The position numbers and the translations under genes were made by a program. From NCBI GenBank assembly GCA_964016885.1, contig OZ024761.1, positions 1,178,001 through 1,242,000 of the forward strand: a DNA stretch of 64,000 bases, read 5' to 3'. Numbering within the stretch: position 1 is the first letter of the stretch; each line of letters begins with the position of its first letter. The stretch comes from Eledone cirrhosa (Eukaryota). Below are positions 26,303-41,110 of this stretch, one piece after another. The notes under the pieces are model-generated. The model searched no databases. It was given only the letters and a program-made list of their open reading frames with translations, and was not told the origin of the DNA.

Positions 26303-27085
26303 GATGATCCTTTTATTTGATTGACCCTTAGGACAAAAGCCAAAGTTTACTTCACATGGGATTTGATCTCGGGCGGTGGGGGAAGTATAGCACAAACACC
26401 AAACATGCATTCTAGTCCCCACCACACATCACACCACTCTAAAGACTCTTCCAGTTCACAACCACCATTGACATACATCAGAGTCAGTTTATTATCTATG
26501 TTGGGGTGGATTTTATGACAAGGAAAATAATGGCCAATTTCACGCTAATTTAAGGTTTGCTAAAACTGAGGTATGAGATGGGGGTATAGGGGTGGGGTGT
26601 ATGGGGTGGAGGGTATATGGGTGGGGTGTGTAGGGAGGGGTGAGATGGAGGTGTATGGGGGATCTGTAGGGTGTGGAGTGTATGGTTGGCATGGATGTGG
26701 TATGGATGTATGCTGGGTGGGTCGAGGGTATGGGGAGGTATGAGGGGTATGGGGGTGGCTTGGAGTTATGGGGAGGTATAGGGGTGTATTGGGGAATATG
26801 AAGCAGTCATCATGGCAGCTACCCCCTCCCCCCATCATCCGACACTGGATACTAAATGCACCATACTGTTCTGAGTTCAATATCGACTCTATACTCTCTC
26901 TCTGTCTCTCTGTCTCTGTCACTCTCCCCCTCTCTCTCTCTTACACTTTCTCCCCCTCTCTCTCGCCCCCCTCTCTTTCTCTCTTGTCCCTCTCTCTCTC
27001 TCGCCCCTCTCTCTCTATCTATCTTACCCAACTCTCACTATCTCTCCCTCTATATATATACTCTCTCTATATATCTATCTATATA

Positions 27086-27124
<39 letters not shown>

Positions 27125-27164
27125 ATATATTAACAAATGGAAACTATATTTATAAAACCATATT

Positions 27165-27230
27165 TATTTTATTATACATATTTCAAGGGCCACCAAGGCA
27201 AATTATGGTGTGCTTTCATCAGATAAAATA
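27165..27230 (-). ncRNA. Type-I hammerhead ribozyme
   Basis: Reverse complement of 27376-27441. Confidence 0.8.
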
Positions 27231-27375
27231 CAATACAGATTTGTTTTATAAATAAATATTGACATACCCTGAAAAAAGACAACCTTAACGGTTGGAGCTT
27301 CCAGGAAGCTCCAACCGTTAAGATTGTCTTTTTTCAGGGTATGTCAATATTTATTTATAAAACAAATCTGTATTG

Positions 27376-27441
27376 TATTTTATCTGATGAAAGCACACCA
27401 TAATTTGCCTTGGTGGCCCTTGAAATATGTATAATAAAATA
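27376..27441 (+). ncRNA. Type-I hammerhead ribozyme
   Basis: tattttat-CTGATGA-aagcacaccataatttgccttggtggccctt-GAAA-TATGTA-TA-ataaaata. Confidence 0.82.
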
Positions 27442-28252
27442 AATATGGTTTTATAAATATAGTTTCCATTTGTTAATATATTATATATTTACTCCACTAA
27501 ATTGTTGAGTGCTTTATATCAGTTATAAAAATGTTTAAGCTTGTTGAATCCCAACAAATTAAATATAACCTCTGCATATATATATATATATATACTCTCT
27601 CTGTCTCTCTATCTCTTTATCCCTCCCCCCCCCGCTTCTCTCTCGCTTTATCTATTTCTCTCTCTCCCCCTCTCTCTACCTCCATCTCTATCTCTCTCTC
27701 TAGCCCCCCTCTCTATTGTTCTTTACTACCATGGAACCTCTTTATCATCATTCCACTTTGCTACCTGACATTAAAGAAAACATATGAAAAAAATAAAATA
27801 CATAAAATAAAACCACAAAACCAAAACAAACCATAAAATTAAAATAAAAGAAAACAACAAAAAAGCCCCCAGGTGATGACTAAGATGACAACGATGATGA
27901 TTATGATGGTGATGATGATGATGATGACAATTATTATTATCTTACAAAAAAAAAAAGGATGAAACAAAACAAAGAAACAAACAAACAAAATCCTTACTAA
28001 TTCATAAACATGTCAACATTCTGTTGAAAACTTGATGAAATATCTTCTCTCATTCTGGTGGCTCTCACACTTATATATATATATATAAATATATATATAT
28101 ATCAGTGTGTGGGTGGTTGTATGGGTGTGTGTGTGTATGTGTATGTGTGTGTGTGTACATGAATATATGTATGTATGTATATATATATATATATGTATGC
28201 ATCGAGTACTTCTCTGATTTGTGGTCTTCCAGATGTTTACACCATAGACATT

Positions 28253-28297
<45 letters not shown>

Positions 28298-28436
28298 TGT
28301 ATGTATATGTGTGTGTGCATAGATATATACATATATATATTTGCGTATATATATATATATATGTATGTGCATATATATATATTTGCATATATATATGTTT
28401 ATATATATATATATGTGTCTGTGTGTATATATATAT

Positions 28437-28508
<72 letters not shown>

Positions 28509-28562
28509 ATATATATATGCATATATATATTTATTAAGGCCAGTTACTACTACAGCACCATA

Positions 28563-28610
28563 CCAGTTACGTACATTTCGTTAGTCCTGTGGACCAACTT
28601 GTTCAACTTG
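28563..28610 (-). ncRNA. Degenerate hammerhead 3' of the Penelope-like ORF remnant
   Basis: Strong stem II gttggtcc-aca-ggactaac followed by GAAA-TGTACG-TA. The 5' core has decayed (TTGAACA). Confidence 0.45.
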
Positions 28611-28837
28611 TGTCAATGAAAATGAACTGGGAAATGTTTACTCTAAAAGGAAAATACAGAACAATAGGGAAAGAGAAGAGAGCAGCAAATCAAGGGCAGA
28701 TAATTTGGATGGTTTGGGGCGATAATTTGACTGAAGGAAAGCGAAGAAATGATAAATTAGCTGATAATTATGAGAGATTAAGAATGATTTTGGGGGAAAT
28801 ATATAAATCAATATTAAGGTGGCCAGTTCTTTAAAAG

Positions 28838-29590
28838 TTACTTAGAAATGTGAGAACATCGCGAGAAGAATTCCGTATGTGTGTTAAGTGGTTTGTTATT
28901 GCTGTGGAGATTATTCAATATCCACCGTTTTTCAACATTACATAATATGCAGGCATTGTTCCCATAATATATGGTCAACATTTTTATACTATTTTCCATT
29001 TGATGGAGAAGACTATGTTCTTGTCTTAAAGGTGCCATATTTTATTCTCCAAATTTGTGGTGTTTCATTTTATTGAGTATTATGAGTATTATGAGTTTTA
29101 TGGGTTTTAAGCTGGCTTTCTAACATACCAACGTATTTCCAGGATTCCTATTGGTGGTGTTGATTCAATGGGGAGACTTTAGGTTCGTATATTATCGCTG
29201 GGGTGTTGCATTGTTGATCCAGTGGGCACAGGCACTGGTTTTTTACAAGAACATCCATATACTTTGGGGCTCTGTTGTTTATGCGGGAGGCGTGACTTCA
29301 TATTTCTGGCACAGGAGTATCCAATTTTGACTGTATGATGGTTAAAGATCTGGTGGTATTTGTGTCCTGATAGCTGAAAACTTCTATCTGACAATAGTTT
29401 TGATATTTAATGAAAAGAACCAGATTTTTGCTTTATTTCTAGGGTTTTCCTATAAGTATTTGGGGAATGGTGTGGAGTGAAGGAAATATTCATGGGGAAG
29501 ATGTTGTTGTGTAGGGCTGTATCATAGTAGGGGGCTGCCCTTAACGAAAATGACATGATTAGAAGAGGGGTTAGAGATTTGCTTGTTAAT
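28838..29590 (-). pseudogene. Penelope-like retroelement ORF remnant: linker + GIY-YIG endonuclease
   Basis: Across frameshifts and stops: AAPYYDTAL, HKYHQIFNHHTVKIGYSC, CSC..CPLDQQC, IIY...WKYVG, IKWKI, CILCNVEK, LN..TEFFSRCSH. This is the motif order of PLE C-terminal GIY-YIG domains. Confidence 0.85.
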
Positions 29591-30131
29591 ATTCTTATCT
29601 AATATTTAAAGACTATAAGGGGTGTGGCATACACACATATATATATATATATACATTTATTCACATACATATATACATACACACATTCATACATACCTAA
29701 ACACACATACATTCACCCATAAACATACGTTCAGAAATTCATACATATATACTCACATATAGATACACACACACAAATAGGTACATACTGTACATGCATA
29801 TATATATACATGCATGCCCACATACATGTACATACATACACACAAACATACATACATGGCTACAGACATATATACATACATACATACATATATAGCTATA
29901 TACATGTATACACATATACATACATTCATACATAGCTATACTCATGCATACATACATGCCTACACACACACACACATCCACACACACATATACACAAACA
30001 CACACACACATACATTGACCCCCACACACAAATACGGACACCACACATGCACACACACACACACACACACACATGCACACACACATACGTAGATATATTT
30101 AATTCATGTTACAGATTATATCCAGGTAAGC

Positions 30132-30175
30132 AAAGACTGATGAAACGTTAATGAGTAATGAAACTTTTGTCTTTT
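30132..30175 (+). ncRNA. Hammerhead-like motif
   Basis: aaga-CTGATGA-aacgttaatgagtaat-GAAA-CTTTTG-TC-tttt, then AATAAA. Core intact, stems weak, stem III not palindromic. Confidence 0.5.
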
Positions 30176-30432
30176 CAAATAAAAAAAATGGAGATTTTTG
30201 TTTGTGATACTGTTTCTCCAGTGAAAATATGATTATAAATATTTTCACATTTTATGGAAAGAAAAAAAATCACAATAAAATAACAAGGGTTATCTCAATC
30301 AGTTGTTCCAAAGAGGAGCATCTGCATCCATTTTGTGGCATACCTGAGCCGACATTTTAAATATTTGAAGAACTTCATAATCAGGAAGGTTTATCAAAAG
30401 TATCAGGACACAGCACAGCTATTGGTAAGTAA

Positions 30433-30469
<37 letters not shown>

Positions 30470-30484
30470 ATATATATATATATA

Positions 30485-30621
<137 letters not shown>

Positions 30622-30771
30622 GTGTGTATATTTATAAATATATATATGTATGTGTGTGTATATGTATAAGTATATATATATATATGTATATATATATGTG
30701 TGTATATTTATATATATGTGTGTGTGTGTGTATGTATAAGTATATATATATATACTTATACATACTTATAC

Positions 30772-30803
<32 letters not shown>

Positions 30804-31025
30804 ATGTATAAGTATATATATATATATATATAAATATATATATATAAATATGTATATATGTGTATACATATATGTATATATATATTGTGTGAAACTAATA
30901 ACAATTTTTGTCGTTTATTTTTTAACATACATATATATGTATGTATATATTTATATGTATGTGTATATATATATATGTGTATATATATATGTAAATATAT
31001 ATGTATATATCTACCTATTTATCTA

Positions 31026-31133
<108 letters not shown>

Positions 31134-31159
31134 TATATATATATACATATATATATTCA

Positions 31160-31201
<42 letters not shown>

Positions 31202-31570
31202 TGTGAATATGTATATATATATATATTGTGAAACTAATAAGCTGTTTGTGTCGTTTATTTGTTGTATGTATGTATATCATATGCATGTTTGTCAATCTGT
31301 CTATCTACCCTTCTCCATATATGTCAGTATGGACTGTATGTGGATATATATATATGTATATATATATATGTATATATATATATGCATATATATATATGTG
31401 TGTGTGTATGTGTGTGTATGTGTGTATATGTGTGTGTGTATATGTGTGTGTGTATATGTGTGTGTGTGTGTATATATATGTGTGTGTGTGTATATATGTG
31501 TGTGTGTGTGTGTATATATGTGTGTGTGTGTGTGTATATATGTGTGTGTGTGTATATATGTGTGTGTGTG

Positions 31571-31613
<43 letters not shown>

Positions 31614-31652
31614 ATATATGTATATGTGTATATATATATATATATTTATACA

Positions 31653-31750
31653 CAGAGTGTGCAAAACAATGTATACACACTTTGGTTACCTGTAGAGGCA
31701 ATATTTATTAGAATTCTGTTGAAGTGTGTATATATTTTTGGGACACCCTA
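31653..31750. mobile_element. Tc1/mariner-like MITE
   Basis: Diverged inverted copy of 14224-14321. Confidence 0.65.
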
Positions 31751-31841
31751 GATACACTCACACACACGCACACACATACATATATATATTATATATACAA
31801 TGATATTAAATAAATGGAAACTATATTTATAAAACCATATT

Positions 31842-31902
31842 TATTCTATTATATATATTTCAAGGGTACCAAAATTTTGGTAAGCTATCATCAGATAAAA
31901 TA
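31842..31902 (-). ncRNA. Type-I hammerhead ribozyme (relative of the 27.2-kb family)
   Basis: tattttat-CTGATGA-tagcttaccaaaattttggtaccctt-GAAA-TATATA-TA-atagaata. Flanks match 27135-27232 but stem II is different. Confidence 0.72.
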
Positions 31903-31988
31903 CAAGTACATGTATGTATGTGTATATATATATATACATATATACATATATATATATATAGATATATGTATATATACATATATATATG

Positions 31989-32072
<84 letters not shown>

Positions 32073-32074
32073 TG

Positions 32075-32174
<100 letters not shown>

Positions 32175-32182
32175 CATATATC

Positions 32183-32291
<109 letters not shown>

Positions 32292-32304
32292 GTATATACA
32301 TATA

Positions 32305-32376
<72 letters not shown>

Positions 32377-32382
32377 TGTATA

Positions 32383-32470
<88 letters not shown>

Positions 32471-32478
32471 GATATATG

Positions 32479-32546
<68 letters not shown>

Positions 32547-32590
32547 TATATGTATATACATATACATATATATATATATATAGATATATG

Positions 32591-32755
<165 letters not shown>

Positions 32756-32809
32756 ATATTTATATATATATAATATATAAGATCAAAAGGTGGTTAAAAG
32801 AGTTCCATG

Positions 32810-32880
32810 TATTTTATTATGAGCATTTCAAAAACAAATATCATCATGCAATAACATTTGCGTTTTCGTCAGATAAAATA
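32810..32880 (-). ncRNA. Type-I hammerhead (stem III loop variant TGCTCA)
   Basis: Reverse complement of 32963-33033 with one change. Confidence 0.7.
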
Positions 32881-32962
32881 GGGAGACATGATATGAAGGT
32901 TAAAACACACTTGTGAATAGTGCAGTTTTAAATGCAGTTTTAACCTTCATATCATGTCTCCC

Positions 32963-33033
32963 TATTTTATCTGACGAAAACGCAAATGTTATTGCATGAT
33001 GATATTTGTTTTTGAAATGCGCATAATAAAATA
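32963..33033 (+). ncRNA. Type-I hammerhead ribozyme
   Basis: tattttat-CTGACGA-aaacgcaaatgttattgcatgatgatatttgttttt-GAAA-TGCGCA-TA-ataaaata. Confidence 0.85.
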
Positions 33034-33169
33034 CATGGAACTCTTTTAACCATCTTTTGATCTTATATATTATTTATACTCCAGTCCTACAAACTGTAGA
33101 GTGCTACTTATCCGATATCTGCATTGCTTTATTGTACTATAATAAAACTCACCTCCTACATATATATAT

Positions 33170-33363
33170 ATAAGTTATTCCGGGTTGAATTGGAGGTAAC
33201 CACAGTAAGTAAGGTACTCAATACATAGCAGAATATAAAAGTTTTAATATAGAAGAGCTTCTACAAGACTAGAACTGTTTCATTCGTGAGAAATCATCAG
33301 GGAGCTCACTGATAATTTCTCATGAATGAAACAGTTCTAGTCCTGTAGAATCTCTTCTATATT

Positions 33364-33364
<1 letters not shown>
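33170..33364 (-). mobile_element. Fold-back cassette with partial hammerhead
   Basis: Inverted arms 33245-33300 / 33309-33364. Minus strand reads CTGATGA-t-ttc-tcac-gaa-t-GAAA-CAGTT. Stem I is lost at the inversion point. Confidence 0.6.
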
Positions 33365-33397
<33 letters not shown>

Positions 33398-33399
33398 CA

Positions 33400-33495
<96 letters not shown>

Positions 33496-33561
33496 GAAGA
33501 GAGAAGGAACATTTAGATATAATTAGTAATAAAATGTATCATACCTAAACTGCTCCTAAGT

Positions 33562-33645
33562 TCCTCGACTACGTAGTTTCGTGGCATAAACAATATATCA
33601 TAAAGATATAGAGTCCTTGCGAGGTCTGCCGACTTATCAAGAGGA
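33562..33645 (-). ncRNA. Hammerhead with U3-A8 core
   Basis: Reverse complement of 34102-34190, 5 nt shorter in loop II. Confidence 0.75.
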
Positions 33646-34101
33646 TACCTCATTTTACTAGTCTCAAGAACGCGTCTACACGACGTGAGAAAGAATCCCA
33701 AAAGGCGGAGGGGGAGATAGTCACGCGATATAACGGTCGAGAAACAGAGCTAAGCCTCTTATAACCCCGAAGAAAATACCACGGAGGCGGAGGGGGTATT
33801 TATATCGAGGCCGTAGAAGAGGTGGTGAAGAAGGCGAGAAGTATGAGTAATGGAAGCTTTCCAGCTGTCCCCACACTTCAAAGATTGCTCGACCAGAGGG
33901 AGTTATTAACAATATATTTAGAAACACACAGATACATGCGGACACACACATATATACATGAATGCATCCGCACCCAACTGTGAGTTAAGAGGCTTAGCTC
34001 TGTTTCTCGACCGTTATATCGCGTGACTATCTCCCCCTCCGCCTTTTGGGATTCTTTCTCACGTCGTGTAGACGCGTTCTTGAGACTAGTAAAATGAGGT
34101 A

Positions 34102-34190
34102 TCCTCTTGATAAGTCGGCAGACCTCGCAAGGACTCTATATCTTTATGATATATTGTTTTGTTTATGCCACGAAACTACGTAGTCGAGGA
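34102..34190 (+). ncRNA. Hammerhead with U3-A8 core
   Basis: tcctc-TTGATAA-gtcggca...tgccac-GAAA-CTACGTAG-TC-gagga. GUC triplet and palindromic stem III. Confidence 0.78.
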
Positions 34191-34423
34191 ACTTAGGAGC
34201 AGTTTAGGTATGATACATTTTATTACTAATTATATCTAAATGTTCCTTCTCTCTTCATAATGTATTTTTAACTCTGATACTGGTTCAGTCTAGTTCAACT
34301 GAATTGGTCTGTCCCAGTCATTCATTGAGCAACATCGGTGAAGTTGGCACCCTTAACTCACAGTTGGGTGCGGATGCATTCATGTATATATGTGTGTCCC
34401 CGCATGTATCTGTGTGTTTCTAA

Positions 34424-34557
<134 letters not shown>

Positions 34558-34559
34558 CT

Positions 34560-34590
<31 letters not shown>

Positions 34591-35859
34591 TATATATACA
34601 TATATATATATACATATATACTATATATATATATATATATATATACAAGTCTAACCCATGCTAGCGTGGAAAGTGGATCTTAAACGAAGATGATGATGAT
34701 GATGATGATGATGAAGCATGGAAAATTGACATGACAATGGTGATGAAATACATACAGACACATTTACATACAGGACAAAACACAGAGACTCAAACACACA
34801 TATATACACAGACTCAAACACACATATATACACACACAACACACACATACACACACATCACACAAACACACACAAGTACATGAAAACACAAAAAAAGAAG
34901 AAAACCCAGCTAATATGTGACCAGTCTGTTACAATTTCAGGCCATCTTCTTCTATCGACAGTAAAGAAATAAATGTTTTATTCAGTTAAAATATATTTTG
35001 GTGCAGAGATTTGCCTGACAGTTAGCAAAATATTCATAACTTTTATATATATTTTCCACCCCTTCTCTGTAAACCCAGCCCTCCCTCTACCTCCTCTCTC
35101 TACCCCTCCCTCTACTCCCCCTCTCTATACACCCCACCCCCTCTTCTCCCCCTCTCCAGACCCTCCCCTTCCTCTACTCCCCCTCCCTCTTCTCCCCCTC
35201 TCTACCCCATCCCCTCCATCTACCCCCTTCTATACACCATCTTACTCTCCCCCTACCCCCTCTCTACATCCCCTCTGCTCTCCCCTCTCTACCCCCACCT
35301 ACCCCCTCTCAACCCCTCCTTCTACATCCATCTCTCTCTACCCTCCCCTCCCTCCCCTCCCAACAAGTTTGGTTTTAACTGATGTTGTTTTTTGGGGTTT
35401 TTTTAAATATGAGATTTCTATATTTAAAAGAAAAAAAAATTATCATCATCATCATCACTGCCACCATATGTAGTATACCACCAGCGCCACCACTTTTATC
35501 ATCACCACTGCCACCACCACTGCCACCACCACCACCACCACCACAACCATTATCATGAATGTCACCACCGCTATCATCACCTCCACCACTGCCACCACCA
35601 CTACCACCAGCACCATCATCATCATCATCATCATTAATGTCACCACTACCACCACCATCGTCACCATCGTCACCATCATCATCATCAATGTCACCACTAT
35701 TATCATCCTCATCATCATCATCACCACAACCACCACCATATAACACCACGAGCACAAGCACCACCACTACAATCATCATTATCACCACTGCCAACACCAA
35801 TACCACCTCTACCACCACTGCCACCATCAACAACATCGTCATAACCACTGCTACCACCA

Positions 35860-38800
35860 CATCCCACCACTACCATCACCAACACCACCACCACTACCAT
35901 CACCAACACCACCACCACTACCATCACCATCACCACCACCACTACCATCACCAACACCACCACCACTACCATCACCAACACCACCACCACTACCATCACC
36001 AACACCACCACCACTACCATCACCAACACCACCACCACTACCATCACCAACACCACCACCACTACCATCACCAACACCACCACCACTACCATCACCAACA
36101 CCACCACCACTACCATCACCAACACCACCACCACTACCATCACCATCACCACCACCACTACCATCACCAACACCACCACCACTACCATCACCAACACCAC
36201 CACCACTACCATCACCAACACCACCACCACTACCATCACCATCACCACCACCACTACCATCACCAACACCACCACCACTACCATCACCAACACCACCACC
36301 ACTACCATCACCAACACCACCACCACTACCATCACCAACACCACCACCACTACCATCACCAACACCACCACCACTACCATCACCAACACCACCACCACTG
36401 CCATCACCAACACCACCACCACTACCATCACCAACACCACCACCACTACCATCACCAACACCACCACCACTGCCATCACCAACACCACCACCACTACCAT
36501 CACCAACACCACCACCACTACCATCACCAACACCACCACCACTACCATCACCAACACCACCACCACTACCATCACCAACACCACCACCACTACCATCACC
36601 AACACCACCACCACTACCATCACCAACACCACCACCACTGCCATCACCAACACCACCACCATTACCATCACCAACACCACCACCACTACCATCACCAACA
36701 CCACCACCACTACCATCACCAACACCACCACCACTACCATCACCAACACCACCACCACTGCCATCACCATCACCACCACCACTACCATCACCAACACCAC
36801 CACCACTACCACTACCATCACCACCACCACTACCATCACCAACACCACCACCACTGCCATCACCAACACCACCACCACTACCATCACCAACACCACCACC
36901 ACTGCCATCACCATCACCACCACCACTACCATCACCAACACCACCACCACTACCACTACCATCACCACCACCACTACCATCACCAACACCACCACCACTG
37001 CCATCACCATCACCACCACCACTACCATCACCAACACCACCACCACTACCACTACCATCACCACCACCACTACCATCACCAACACCACCACCACTGCCAT
37101 CACCATCACCACCACCACTGCCATCACCATCACCACCACCACTACCATCACCAACACCACCACCACTGCCATCACCATCACCACCACCACTACCATCACC
37201 AACACCACCACCACTACCACTACCATCACCACCACCACTACCATCACCAACACCACCACCACTGCCATCACCATCACCACCACCACTGCCATCACCATCA
37301 CCACCACCACTACCATCACCAACACCACCACCACTGCCATCACCATCACCACCACCACTACCATCACCAACACCACCACCACTGCCATCACCAACACCAC
37401 CACCACTACCATCACCAACACCACCACCACTGCCATCACCAACACCACCACCACTACCATCACCAACACCACCACCACTGCCATCACCAACACCACCACC
37501 ATTACCATCACCAACACCACCACCACTACCATCACCAACACCACCACCACTACCATCACCAACACCACCACCACTGCCATCACCAACACCACCACCACTG
37601 CCATCACCAACACCACCACCACTGCCATCACCAACACCACCACCACTACCATCACCAACACCACCACCATTACCATCACCAACACCACCACCACTGCCAT
37701 CACCAACACCACCACCACTGCCATCACCATCACCACCACCACTGCCATCACCAACACCACCACCATTACCATCACCAACACCACCAACACTACCATCACC
37801 ACCACCACTACCATCACCAACACCACCACCATTACCAACACCAACACCACCACCACTGCCATCACCATCACCACCACCACTACCATCACCAACACCACCA
37901 CCATTACCAACACCAACACCACCACCACTACCATCACCAACACCACCACCACTACCATCACCACCACCACTACCATCACCAACACCACCACCATTACCAA
38001 CACCAACACCACCACCACTGCCATCACCAACACCACCACCATTACCAACACCAACACCACCACCACTACCATCACCACCACCACTACCATCACCAACACC
38101 ACCACCATTACCATCACCAACACCACCACCACTACCATCACCAACACCACCACCACTACCATCACCAACACCACCACCACTGCCATCACCATCACCACCA
38201 CCACTACCATCACCAACACCACCACCACTACCATCACCAACACCACCACCACTACCATCACCAACACCACCACCACTGCCATCACCAACACCACCACCAC
38301 TACCATCACCAACACCACCACCACTGCCATCACCAACACCACCACCATTACCATCACCAACACCACCACCACTGCCATCACCATCACCACCACCACTACC
38401 ATCACCAACACCACCACCACTGCCATCACCAACACCACCACCACTGCCATCACCATCACCACCACCACTGCCATCACCAACACCACCACCATTACCATCA
38501 CCAACACCACCACCACTACCATCACCACCACCACTACCATCACCAACACCACCACCATTACCAACACCAACACCACCACCACTGCCATCACCATCACCAC
38601 CACCACTACCATCACCAACACCACCACCATTACCAACACCAACACCACCACCACTACCATCACCAACACCACCACCACTACCATCACCACCACCACTACC
38701 ATCACCAACACCACCACCATTACCAACACCAACACCACCACCACTGCCATCACCAACACCACCACCATTACCAACACCAACACCACCACCACTACCATCA

Positions 38801-39170
38801 CCACCACCACTACCATCACCAACACCACCACCATTACCATCACCAACACCACCACCACTACCATCACCAACACCACCACCACTACCATCACCAACACCAC
38901 CACCACTGCCATCACCATCACCACCACCACTACCATCACCAACACCACCACCACTACCATCACCAACACCACCACCACTACCATCACCAACACCACCACC
39001 ACTGCCATCACCAACACCACCACCACTACCATCACCAACACCACCACCATTACCATCACCAACACCACCACCACTGCCATCACCATCACCACCACCACTA
39101 CCATCACCAACACCACCACCATTACCATCACCAACACCACCACCACTGCCATCACCATCACCATTATCAC
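35860..39170. repeat. 21-bp C/A-rich minisatellite (about 155 units)
   Basis: Unit caccact(a/g)ccatcacca(a/t)cac, with occasional 18-bp units. Confidence 0.95.
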
Positions 39171-39819
39171 CACTGCCACCACCAATAACACTTCTACCAT
39201 CACCATCAACATCATCATCATAACCACTGCTACCACCAAACCATCACTACCACTACCACCACCACTACTACCACCACCAACATCATCATCATAACCACTG
39301 CCACCACCAAACCATCACCACCAACATCATCATCATAACCACTACCACCACCACCAACATCATCATCATAACCACTACCACTACCACCACCACCAACATC
39401 ATCATCATAACCACTGCCACCACCTAACCATCACTACCACTACCACTACCACCACCACCAACATCATCATCATAACCACTGCCACCACCAAACCATCACT
39501 ACCACTACCACTACCACCACTACCACCACCAACATCATCATTACTAATGTAAAGTCATGTGGATCAGTGGTTAATGTGTTTGGCTGATGCTGGTAAGCTC
39601 GTGGGTTGTGTCTTTTAGCAGGCTGAGTGGACTGAGGTACTGTGAAATAAAGTGTCTTGCTCAAGGACACAGTGCACATCCTGGGGAATCGAACTCAGGT
39701 CATTATGGTTGTGACTTGAAAGCCCTCATCCCTAAGTACACACGCACATAGACTCTTTTACTCTGTTACTCTTTTACCTGTACCAGCCATCCGGCTGAGG
39801 CCATGCTACGGCACACATA

Positions 39820-39920
39820 AAATAATAATGAAATTATTGTGTACAGTGCTCAGGTGCACTACATCTCATCAAAGGTGCATGTATAGTACATAGTGAACAG
39901 TGTGTGAGTCATGATATACA
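39820..39920 (-). mobile_element. 3' tip of CR1/L2-type LINE
   Basis: aataataatgaaattattgtgtacagtgctcaggtgcactac matches 43111-43165. Confidence 0.6.
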
Positions 39921-40987
39921 TATGTGCGTATGTATGGAGGGGACACACACGCATACATAAATACACACATCCTTTATACATATACATAAATTCATACACA
40001 CATACACACACACACATAAATATTACATATTCCATCAGATAACATGCACACACACACAACACAAAAATCATCAGAGAACATACGTACATACACACATATA
40101 TGCATTCATACACACATACATACATATATGCATACATACTTCATACATACACACATATATGCATACATACATGCATACATACATACGCATACATATACAC
40201 ACATACACACACATATACACATACATATATGCATGCATACATACATTCATACATGCATACATACATACATATGTACATACATACACATACGTACATTCAC
40301 ACAGATACACACACGTAAGCATGTATAAATACACACATATACTTACACACGCATATATATACACACACATACATACATACACACATACATACACACACAT
40401 ACATACATACACATACATACACACATACACACAGACATATTTACACACACATACATACACACACATACATACATACATACATACACATACATACACACAC
40501 ACACATACACACATACATAAATACATACACACACACATACATACACACATACATACATGTATACAGTGACACATATATTCACATCTGTATATTAAAATTA
40601 CTTAAGACTTGAGACCGACAACTGTAATATATAATATGTTAAAAAAAAAAAAAGGAATAAAAAAAAGAAAAGTGTAATAGGGAAAAAGTCATTGAAAATA
40701 AGATCCCCCCACCAATACCCCACACCCTGCCAAAAAAGAATAAAGAAATCCTTTTTTTTTTCTAGCGAGAAAATGTTGCGGAAGTAAGATTTTCCTTAAA
40801 GTTCTCTTTGAAAATATAAACATCACAGTTATAGAGTTTCATTGAAATTCCTTATGTAAACATGTACCACACCTTATTTAAAGACAGACCAGGTAAATAT
40901 ATGAACAAACTGGACTGATATATATTCATATGTGTGTGTATATATATATTTGTGTGTGTGTATGTATATGTATATGTATGTATATGC

Positions 40988-41056
<69 letters not shown>

Positions 41057-41110
41057 AATGAGTGTGTATGTATATGTGTGTATATATATGTATGTATATG
41101 TATGTGTGTA

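Larger units (their letters stand above)
27121..27576 (+). mobile_element. Fold-back hammerhead cassette with a 365-bp near-perfect palindrome
   Basis: Arms 27121-27302 / 27304-27485 with a 1-nt loop. The right arm continues unpaired to acctctgca-(TA)n. Confidence 0.8.
32770..33160 (+). mobile_element. Fold-back hammerhead cassette (family of 10445-12105)
   Basis: Inverted arms ~32770-32905 / 32937-33072. The right arm continues to acctcctaca-(TA)n. Confidence 0.8.

Noticed and set aside
35559-39239. 1209-aa His-rich and 1172-aa Val-rich ORFs
   Set aside because: These are translations of a 21-bp minisatellite that lacks stops on both strands, with no non-repetitive domain. They do not show the Gly/His-type repeats of cephalopod beak proteins.
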